DNA from: Chthonomonadales bacterium
Lineage (GTDB): Bacteria > Armatimonadota > Chthonomonadetes > Chthonomonadales > Chthonomonadaceae
Length of the DNA stretch: 13,739 nt
Assembly: GCA_038217285.1 (NCBI GenBank)
Contig: JBBQPO010000163.1
Coordinates: 1 to 13,739, forward strand
Direction of reading: 5' to 3'
Shown here one piece after another: positions 7,385-13,739 of this stretch (position 1 is its first letter; each line of letters opens with the position of its first letter). The position numbers and the translations under genes were made by a program. The notes below the pieces were generated by a model, which saw only the letters and a program-made list of their open reading frames with translations, was not told the origin of the DNA and ran no database searches.

Positions 7385-8520
7385 ACAACGCACTCAGTCC
7401 CGTTCTCTTTCTGCGCCGCAATTTCGTGCGCGTTCTGCCGATCGCGCTCGTCATCGTCATCGCCGTCACGCTCGTCTCCAGCGTCGTGACCATCATTCGC
7501 TCCATCGATCTCACGGTCTTCACCCTCTACGGCTACAATCGTTTCTGCACCGGACTGATTCCTCGGAACGCGTTGGCCCTCGACCCCGCAGAGGTAGCGC
7601 GACTGCAGCGTCTACCGGAACTCGGGAGGCTCGCGCCCACGCACTCGTATTCCGTGCGCGTGAAGACGATTTTCGGTAAAATGGTGTTTCCTATCTTCGG
7701 CCTCTCCCTGGAAGACAGAACCGAGTTCCTGGCACGCTGTTCCATCCGACTATCCCGAGGCCATCTGCCTGTCGAAGGGCAGCCGGAGGTGGTGATTTCC
7801 GAGGAAGTGGCGCAGAACCTCGGTTTGAAACTGGGAGATACGATCCTCGACCCCGCGTCCGAAGACAACTACGCGCCGGTCCCGGTGAAGCTGGTCGGGC
7901 TGCTGCGCGGCTCACGCTGGCTTGGATTGACCTCCCGGACGTTTGTGGACGACAACTCCCCGTTTACCTGGACCGGCTATCTCGCCTTTGCTCCGACCCG
8001 CGACATCGCCGCCCAGGAGAGGCTCGACAGCGCTGTGGAGCGCACCGTGGATAAGGCAGACGCCCGCGTCTGGCGCTACTCCAGCCTGGTGAAAGAGACG
8101 CAGAGCGCGCTGGTGAATCTCTACCTCATCCTGAATCTCGTCGTGACCATTATCGTTATCTCAGTCGCGTTCGTCTGCGGGCTGCTGTTCAACATCTATT
8201 TCACACAGCGCTTGCCGGAGATCGCGACCCTCTCCGCGATAGGCTACCCGCGCTCCCTGCTGATCCGTCGCGCCCTCGTCGAGACCGCGATCCTCTGTTT
8301 CTTCGGCTGGCTGCTCGGGGGCTTGCTGACCGTTGGACTGTTGGAGACGATGAAACTCGTGCTGTTCGTCCCGCGCGGACTGTTGCTCAATCCCCTCGAT
8401 CCCGCCTCCTTCGTCTTCACCCTGCCCCTCCCCTTTACGATCACCCTGGTCGCCGTCGTCACCATCGGGTGGCGTCTGGCCCGCCTCGACCCTGTCACCA
8501 TCATCGAACGCCGCGGTTGA
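7381..8520 (+). CDS. FtsX/MacB/LolC-E-like ABC transporter permease
   Basis: One N-terminal TM segment, an extracytoplasmic domain (RGHLP..EVVISEEVAQNLGLKLGD), QRLPEIATLSAIGY motif, three C-terminal TM segments, ends RLDPVTIIERRG. GTG start overlaps the upstream TGA (GTGA). Confidence 0.88.
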   Translation: MNNALSPVLFLRRNFVRVLPIALVIVIAVTLVSSVVTIIRSIDLTVFTLYGYNRFCTGLIPRNALALDPAEVARLQRLPELGRLAPTHSYSVRVKTIFGKMVFPIFGLSLEDRTEFLARCSIRLSRGHLPVEGQPEVVISEEVAQNLGLKLGDTILDPASEDNYAPVPVKLVGLLRGSRWLGLTSRTFVDDNSPFTWTGYLAFAPTRDIAAQERLDSAVERTVDKADARVWRYSSLVKETQSALVNLYLILNLVVTIIVISVAFVCGLLFNIYFTQRLPEIATLSAIGYPRSLLIRRALVETAILCFFGWLLGGLLTVGLLETMKLVLFVPRGLLLNPLDPASFVFTLPLPFTITLVAVVTIGWRLARLDPVTIIERRG

Positions 8521-8525
8521 CGGTT

Positions 8526-9560
8526 TCACGCCATGTCGTCGAGGCCGTACCCCGCGACGGCCAGGGCCTCTCGGGTGAAGTTGAGGACGGGCCAGACGCT
8601 GTCGGGGGCTGACAGAACGGGCTGGTTGTTTTGCAGCGCCCAGACGAACGCCGTGTCCGGCAGGGTGGGCATACTGTCGTCTAGCGTGCCGTCATCGGGG
8701 AAAGGGGCCAGGGGAGCGGAGCCGTCCGACCAGAGCAGGTGGGTATCGCGCATCACGAAATCGGCACGCTCGGTATGAATCGTGATCTCTTCGTGCCAAC
8801 GCCGCGCATCACCGACGAAATTGAAGTGCAGCAGCGGCGCGTCCTTCAGGTTTTCAGGTACGGGCGCTCCCTGGGGAATCAGGCGCGCGTCTCCCCAGGT
8901 CGCGATGGGTATGGGGGTGCCGCGCTTCTCGATGGCAGCGTGTACTGCAGTTGCCGACATGTTCGTCACCCAGAACAAGAGGTCGAGCTGATGCCCGTTG
9001 GCGTCCGCGAAGAAGCCGCCCGGACAGCGCGCGGGGTCGTGCCGCCATGTCCCCACATTCGGCGTGATCCAGTCCTCGGTGGAAAAGAGGCTGACAGAGG
9101 AGATCCGTCCCCATTTGCCGCTCTGCAGGGCCTGACGGAGCAGGCGAGAATCGCGCCGATAACGCGACTGGTAGGCAATCGCGACGACCCGGTCTCCACG
9201 CCGCGTCGCTTCGACGACCTGTGTGACCTCCGCCGGGTAGAGCGACAGCGGCTTTTCGCAGAGAACATGCAGTCCTCCCTCGACGGCAGCCAGCAACTGC
9301 TCCACATGCAGGCGGTTGGGGGAGCTGATGCAGACGGCGTCCAGTTCCACCGTTGCCAGCATCTCCCGATAGTCGGTGAACTGCGGCAGAGGCGACATGG
9401 ACGCGAGTTCCGTGGTCACATGCTGCATCGCCGTCTGGCTGGGATCGCTCAGGGCCGTGACCTGTACGCCGGGAATGGAGTGGAGGCGCTGCGCGTGAAC
9501 GAGACCTAGCGCTCCGCAGCCGATCATACCGAAGCGAAGGAGGGGAGGGGATTGAGTCAT
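8526..9560 (-). CDS. Gfo/Idh/MocA family NAD(P)-dependent oxidoreductase
   Basis: RFGMIGCGALG, DAVCISSPN, HVLCEKPL and GGFFADANGHQLD. Start reassigned to ATG 9560, which overlaps the amidohydrolase stop (ATGA 9560-9557). Confidence 0.88.
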   Translation of the reverse strand: MTQSPPLLRFGMIGCGALGLVHAQRLHSIPGVQVTALSDPSQTAMQHVTTELASMSPLPQFTDYREMLATVELDAVCISSPNRLHVEQLLAAVEGGLHVLCEKPLSLYPAEVTQVVEATRRGDRVVAIAYQSRYRRDSRLLRQALQSGKWGRISSVSLFSTEDWITPNVGTWRHDPARCPGGFFADANGHQLDLLFWVTNMSATAVHAAIEKRGTPIPIATWGDARLIPQGAPVPENLKDAPLLHFNFVGDARRWHEEITIHTERADFVMRDTHLLWSDGSAPLAPFPDDGTLDDSMPTLPDTAFVWALQNNQPVLSAPDSVWPVLNFTREALAVAGYGLDDMA

Positions 9561-10966
9561 GGCGATTCGGGTCTCCATTGGCGCATCTTTTCCGCCGCCA
9601 CGTGCAGGTCGCGGCGCGCAGGCGCAATATTGAAATGAGGAAAACGATGTTCCCATCGCGTTCCGAGGCGGTGATCGTAGCGTGTTACGCCACCGATCAT
9701 AGTAAAAAGGACATCGGAGGCGCGGGCGGCATAGACGAGGGCACTGTACGGATCGTAGGCAGGAACGTTGTGCAGGCCGTCCAGCCCGACAACGCAGAGG
9801 TCGGCGCGTTTGCCCGGCTCCAGCGAGCCTATTTCCGGGGCCATGCCGAGCGCGTCCGCGCCTCCGAGCGTCGCCATCTCGACGGCCGCTCGGGCCGTCA
9901 GGGCGTCTATTCGCCGTCTGGCTCCACGCTGCATCAGCACGGCAAATCGCATCTCCTCGAAAAGATCCATGGTATTATTGCCGGCGACACTGTCGGAACC
10001 TAGTCCGACACGGACGCCGCAGGCGGCACCGGAGTCCGTGGGGGCAGGAAGATCGAAGAGAATCTCCAGTGGCGCGACGCCATTGCCCAGCTTCGCATTC
10101 GATTTTGGGCAGGTGGCCCAGGCTGCGCCGGTCTGCCGCATCCGGATTCGGTCGGCGGCCGAGACCTGAACACCGTGGACCAGCAGGGTGCGCGGAGAGA
10201 GAACGCCCTGCGTGAACAGATACTCCACGACGCTCTGCTTCGGCGGCAGCCAGTCTATCTCTCGGCGCTCAAACATCTCCGCGATGGGGCCCCTTCCCGA
10301 TTGGAATAGGGTAGCTTCCGCCGTCGATTCCGCCGCATGGATGCAGAGCGGCAGGCCCGCCGCCGCCGCAACCTCGCCCAGCGCCCGCATTAGCTCCGGG
10401 CGAACCGTATAAGGCGCGTGTGGGGAGACACCTACGGAGAGCAGCGTTCCCGTGGCCTCTGCGCTAAGCCGGTCTAACTTTGCCTGCAACTCCTCCAGGA
10501 TCTCGGCGACGGTCTGCCGCAGGTCGATGCCGAAGACCTCCTGATAGACGATCCCACGCAGTCCCAGTCGCTTCGCGCCGATCATGGCGGCACCGCTGTC
10601 GGTGCAGTCGCCTATGGTGGTGACTCCGCCTGCCACCGCTTCTGCCGCGCCCCATGTCGCCGAGGCGATCCAGTCCTCGGCCGTCAGGACCGCTTTGCGG
10701 GCCGTCAGCTCTCGTATCCACGGGAAGAACGGAATGTCTTCCAGGAGGCCCCGCATCAGCGTGTAGTCCAGATGCGTATGCACATTGACGAGGCCGGGCA
10801 TCAGGATCGCGTCTCCGAAATCCTGCACGTCCGATCGAGAGGGTCCGATGGCCTGCCGCACGGCCGCGATCTGATCCCCTTCGACGATGATCTCCCCATT
10901 TTCGATGGGCGGGGCAGAGATAGGCAGTATCCAGCGCGCGCGGAAGGTTTGTGTTACCTGCATCAT
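9557..10966 (-). CDS. Metal-dependent amidohydrolase, MTA/SAH deaminase-like (COG0402)
   Basis: PGLVNVHTH metal site, GVTTIGD, SPHAPYT, IHAAES, LLVHG, CPKSNAKLG, GLGSDS and GSLEPGKRADL. Start reassigned to ATG 10966 (or 10963) because the upstream extension looks like promoter sequence. Confidence 0.88.
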   Translation of the reverse strand: MMQVTQTFRARWILPISAPPIENGEIIVEGDQIAAVRQAIGPSRSDVQDFGDAILMPGLVNVHTHLDYTLMRGLLEDIPFFPWIRELTARKAVLTAEDWIASATWGAAEAVAGGVTTIGDCTDSGAAMIGAKRLGLRGIVYQEVFGIDLRQTVAEILEELQAKLDRLSAEATGTLLSVGVSPHAPYTVRPELMRALGEVAAAAGLPLCIHAAESTAEATLFQSGRGPIAEMFERREIDWLPPKQSVVEYLFTQGVLSPRTLLVHGVQVSAADRIRMRQTGAAWATCPKSNAKLGNGVAPLEILFDLPAPTDSGAACGVRVGLGSDSVAGNNTMDLFEEMRFAVLMQRGARRRIDALTARAAVEMATLGGADALGMAPEIGSLEPGKRADLCVVGLDGLHNVPAYDPYSALVYAARASDVLFTMIGGVTRYDHRLGTRWEHRFPHFNIAPARRDLHVAAEKMRQWRPESP

Positions 10967-10972
10967 ACTGGT

Positions 10973-11003
10973 GAGTTCGCCGCCGGGTAAGGTCGATTCC
11001 TGC
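10973..11003 (-). promoter_or_regulatory. Possible SigH-like promoter for the amidohydrolase (leaderless)
   Basis: Minus strand GCAGGAATC (11003-10995), N13, GGCGAACTC (10981-10973), 6 nt before ATG 10966. No SD present. The spacer is 1 nt longer than consensus. Confidence 0.35.
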
Positions 11004-11065
11004 CTGCCGGTCGAAATCGACAGAGCAGAGTGGCTTGCGCGAACATTCTTCTCTTGCAAACTCCG

Positions 11066-11095
11066 TCAGGAATCGGCGTGATCTCTGTCGAATAG
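11066..11095 (+). promoter_or_regulatory. SigH-like promoter for the metalloprotease operon
   Basis: TCAGGAATC (11066-11074), N12, GTCGAATAG (11087-11095), 50 nt upstream of ATG 11146. Confidence 0.55.
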
Positions 11096-11145
11096 TGCAG
11101 GCAACTCCCTGCCACACCTGTGAAGTTCGACTCGAAAGGAGTCCT

Positions 11146-11985
11146 ATGTCTCTGTCAACTGCCATTGGAGCGCTGCTGCTGCTTGTCGTCGCTGCTGTCG
11201 CGCCTCCTCCCACGTCGCCTGCCGTCACGCCTCCGGAACCCCTGGTGAAGGTCTGGAAAAACGCCGAATACCGGATCGTCCCGGTGCGTGTGCATCTGCT
11301 GCGGGACGCGACGACACCAGCGGCAGGTACGAAACTTACCGACGAGGACGTCGCTCGCATTTTTCGGAAGGCCAACGAGATATGGCATGCGGCCGGGGTA
11401 CACTTGCTCGTCGAATCGGTCCTTAGCGAGCCTCCGGCTTCTGTCGCCGGATACGAACACCAGCCCTTGCTACCGATTGAGGCGTTGCTGGCGCTGCGGA
11501 CGACGGCCACCCGCCCTGGGGGCATGTTTCATGTCTACTACATGGGCGAGATGCCTCCGAACGGCATCTTCATGCGCCGGGATGGGATCTTCGTTAAGGA
11601 GACGGCGAGGCTGCGGAGAGTGCCCGGAGGAATCGACGAACCCTTGCCGCGCGTCTCCGCCCACGAACTCGGGCACGGCATGGGCCTGCCGCACCGTCAG
11701 GACATCACCAATCTGATGGCTTCCGGCACCACAGGGACCAGCCTGAATGCGGAGGAGATAGAGATCGTCCGCCAGACGTTGAGCAAAATCACCTGGATAG
11801 AGACGCCGGAAACGTGCCGAAAAACGGCGGACACCCTGCTGGCCGCCGGCCATAAGGAGGAAGCCTTTGCACGCTACCGCGCCCTCCTCGCTCTGCCTGG
11901 TGAAGCCGCTGCGAAGGCGGAGATTCGGGCGAAAATGCAGCGCAGCGCCGCACCGGGCGTCGGAGCGAACGGGAATGGCGCTTAG
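11146..11985 (+). CDS. Secreted zinc metalloprotease, metzincin (matrixin/M10-like)
   Basis: Start reassigned to ATG 11146 (SD GAAAGGAG). Hydrophobic signal peptide then a Pro-rich linker. HELGHGMGLPH fits HExxHxxGxxH, followed by the Met-turn NLMA. C-terminal TPR-like helical hairpin (ADTLLAAGHKEEAFARYRALL). Confidence 0.85.
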   Translation: MSLSTAIGALLLLVVAAVAPPPTSPAVTPPEPLVKVWKNAEYRIVPVRVHLLRDATTPAAGTKLTDEDVARIFRKANEIWHAAGVHLLVESVLSEPPASVAGYEHQPLLPIEALLALRTTATRPGGMFHVYYMGEMPPNGIFMRRDGIFVKETARLRRVPGGIDEPLPRVSAHELGHGMGLPHRQDITNLMASGTTGTSLNAEEIEIVRQTLSKITWIETPETCRKTADTLLAAGHKEEAFARYRALLALPGEAAAKAEIRAKMQRSAAPGVGANGNGA

Positions 11986-12553
11986 AGGGGAACCGCGACC
12001 GAGGAAGTGGGGGAGGAGCCGCCGGCGAAGGCGCGGCGCGGCCCTGCGGGAGGTTATGATCGCCTGTCTTATCGTCGGGATCATCGTTCTCTTTGCAGCG
12101 AGTGAACTGCGCGGCAGCCGGGCTACATTGCGGGGAGCTTTGTGCCAGAGTAACGCCCGACAGGTCGGCCTAGCTCTGTTTATGTATGCGGCCGATTACG
12201 ATGGCAAGCTACCCGCGTCGGCGGGAAGCTTTGCGGGCCTTGTGAGCGGCACACGGCCTTATCTGCGCGACGACTCCCGCTATCACTGTCCGGAGTCAGG
12301 CGACTCGACACAGGTTCGCCCTGTCGGTTTCCGCGTACCTCTGCTCTACGAGGGGCTGCCGATTGCAGGAGGGTGGCCGGACCCCTATCTCGGCAGCAGG
12401 ATCGCGGAGCCGGCCTCCACGCTGCTCCTCTTCGAAACCGATACGGACCGGAGCGTCGAGATCGCGCCTGCCTATCGGCATAGCGGCGGCGCCGTCTGCC
12501 TCGCCCTGAGCGGCCAGGCGTTCTGGGCCGCGAATTTGCGGAACCAGAAATAG
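11975..12553 (+). CDS. Prepilin-type N-terminal / DUF1559 (H-X9-DG-like) family protein, divergent
   Basis: Start probably ATG 11975 (GGAG upstream; overlaps the protease end by 11 nt). Basic leader RRRRRG|AALREVMIACLIVGII, CQSNARQVGLALFMYAADYD, YHCP and C-terminal RHSGGAVCLALSGQA. Confidence 0.8.
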   Translation: MALRGEPRPRKWGRSRRRRRGAALREVMIACLIVGIIVLFAASELRGSRATLRGALCQSNARQVGLALFMYAADYDGKLPASAGSFAGLVSGTRPYLRDDSRYHCPESGDSTQVRPVGFRVPLLYEGLPIAGGWPDPYLGSRIAEPASTLLLFETDTDRSVEIAPAYRHSGGAVCLALSGQAFWAANLRNQK

Positions 12554-12591
12554 GACGTTCCCATAACGAGAGACGAAAGAGAGGGCCACTC

Positions 12592-12945
12592 GTGAGTAAT
12601 TTTGCACCGCCCGTCTACACTGGCTTTGAGGTCAAGGTAGAGCACAGTCCCCTTGCCTTCCTCTATGCGCTCTGCCCCGTGTATGTCGTGATCAACGGAA
12701 CGAAAATGACGGCGAAATGGGGCGCGCAGTTCTATCCCGCCGTGCCGGGCCGGTACAACATCCAGTGTTTTTGTTCCTATATGTTCACCCCTCAAACCGG
12801 GCTGAACGGCATGGAGGGCGATCTCTATCCGGGGCAAGTGGTGCGCGTGACCTGGACAGCGCCTCTCGTCGTCTTCATGAAGGGCAAAATGCGCTGGGAA
12901 CTGATCTCCGGTCCCACTGCCGGATCCCTCCCTCCCGGACGATAA
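12592..12945 (+). CDS. Small hypothetical protein, beta-rich
   Basis: GTG start with AGAGGG upstream and GC-skewed third positions. The pattern VVING..WG..FYP..PGRY..PGQVVRV resembles small beta-sandwich (PEGA-like) hypothetical proteins. Confidence 0.7.
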   Translation: MSNFAPPVYTGFEVKVEHSPLAFLYALCPVYVVINGTKMTAKWGAQFYPAVPGRYNIQCFCSYMFTPQTGLNGMEGDLYPGQVVRVTWTAPLVVFMKGKMRWELISGPTAGSLPPGR

Positions 12946-13090
12946 ACGCCCTATTTGCGCTCGATTTGGCATTTTATCGGCATGAAAAGAGCACAGACGA
13001 GGATCAAAAGCATGCATTGGGGGATTATCGGAGCGTAGGATCATGTCCGGAAGATAGGGTAGCCGGAAGGGGCCGGGTCGGTGTACCGAC

Positions 13091-13119
13091 TTGCATTTCT
13101 GTGTGGCGGATGGTATACT
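13091..13119 (+). promoter_or_regulatory. sigma70/SigA-type promoter for mqnE
   Basis: TTGCAT (13091-13096), 17-nt spacer, TATACT (13114-13119) with an extended -10 TG at 13111-13112. Confidence 0.75.
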
Positions 13120-13130
13120 CCGATATCAGG

Positions 13131-13148
13131 TTGTGAAAAAATACACAA
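13131..13148. promoter_or_regulatory. Palindromic operator, Rex-box (or CRP-family) like
   Basis: TTGTGAA-AAAA-TACACAA versus the Rex consensus TTGTGAA-N4-TTCACAA (13 of 14 specified positions), 11 nt downstream of the -10 box. Confidence 0.65.
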
Positions 13149-13210
13149 ACCCGCCCGGCGAGGCCGCCCTGTTTGACGACCCGTGTCCGTGGAGGGTGGG
13201 AGGCGCCGTT

Positions 13211-13739
13211 ATGGCCGTTCTTGAAAGAGAGTCTACCCCTTCGACCGCGAGTCGCGCCGAACGCTATGTCGGGCGCGACCTGATGGATATCTACACGAAA
13301 GTCATGGCGCAGGAGCGGCTGTCCTACGACGATGCCGTTCGCCTCTACAAAACCCCCGACCTCTCCGCTGTCGGCTATATGGCCAACATTGTCCGCGAAC
13401 GTCTGCACGGCGACCGGGCCTACTACGTCCGCAATCAGCACATCAACTATACCAACATCTGCAACAAGGGCTGCAAGTTCTGCTCCTTCTATGCCAAGAA
13501 GGGTGGGCCTGCGCCATATGAGATGGATATGGCCGCAGTGCGTAACCGACTGCGCGAACATTTGGACGTTCCCATTACGGAAGTCCACATGGTCGGTGGG
13601 ATCGATCCGCGTCTGCCCTATCAGTACTACCTCGATCTGCTCCGTACTGTAAAAGAGACCCGTCCGGGCGTACACATCAAGGCGTTTACGGCGGTGGAGT
13701 TGGTTCAGATCCAAGAGGTCGCCGGCAAGCCACTGGAGG
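13211..13739 (+). CDS. mqnE: Aminofutalosine synthase MqnE (CofH/MqnC/MqnE radical SAM family), 5' part
   Basis: Translated by hand (absent from the ORF track). GGAGG SD at 13199-13203, ATG 13211. ANIVRERLHGDRAYYVRNQHINYTNICNKGCKFCSF contains CxxxCxxC at 13460-13483. TEVHMVGG and HIKAFTAVE favour MqnE over MqnC. Confidence 0.88.
   Translation, partial: MAVLERESTPSTASRAERYVGRDLMDIYTKVMAQERLSYDDAVRLYKTPDLSAVGYMANIVRERLHGDRAYYVRNQHINYTNICNKGCKFCSFYAKKGGPAPYEMDMAAVRNRLREHLDVPITEVHMVGGIDPRLPYQYYLDLLRTVKETRPGVHIKAFTAVELVQIQEVAGKPLE

Noticed and set aside
9561..9656. ORF-track N-terminal extensions (Gfo from 9656; likewise amidohydrolase from 11059, protease from 11035, pilin-like from 11867)
   Set aside because: They overlap neighbouring genes or promoter motifs. 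Downstream starts have better SD, coupling or domain-boundary support.
12967..12983. Second GG-N10-GC sigma54-like motif (TTGGCATTTTATCGGCA) upstream of mqnE
   Set aside because: Poor -12 box (CGGC rather than TTGC), and a good sigma70 promoter lies closer to the gene.
13025..13714. 229-aa minus-strand ORF and 106-aa plus-strand ORF 13332-13652
   Set aside because: Shadow or alternate-frame ORFs over the mqnE frame starting at 13211.
1..13739. CRISPR array, tRNA/rRNA, IS element, prophage or defence island
   Set aside because: No regularly spaced repeats, cloverleaf, transposase, integrase or phage genes seen. HerA and Hen1 sit among housekeeping-type genes without island hallmarks.

Overview
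GC-rich bacterial chromosomal window with about 13 genes and no recognisable rRNA, tRNA, CRISPR array or mobile element. The DUF1559/H-X9-DG pilin-like gene with an MYAxDYD motif, the cyanobacterial-type HerA and the SigH-like promoters suggest Armatimonadota (inference only). Gene order: HerA-like ATPase (-, partial, missed by the ORF track), divergent from a GlcE-like FAD oxidoreductase plus the RNA 2'-O-methyltransferase Hen1 with no adjacent Pnkp; UDP-glucose dehydrogenase behind a sigma54-type promoter; a translationally coupled trio of LolA-like exported protein, histidine phosphatase and FtsX/LolC-like permease; a convergent amidohydrolase and Gfo/Idh/MocA pair (-); a secreted metzincin protease, a degenerate pilin-like protein and a small hypothetical protein; and the start of mqnE (+, partial, missed by the ORF track) with a sigma70 promoter and a Rex/CRP-like operator. 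The most notable points are the orphan hen1, the Lol-like trio lacking an ATPase, the operator on mqnE, a possible aminofutalosine deaminase near mqnE, and three classes of promoter motif.
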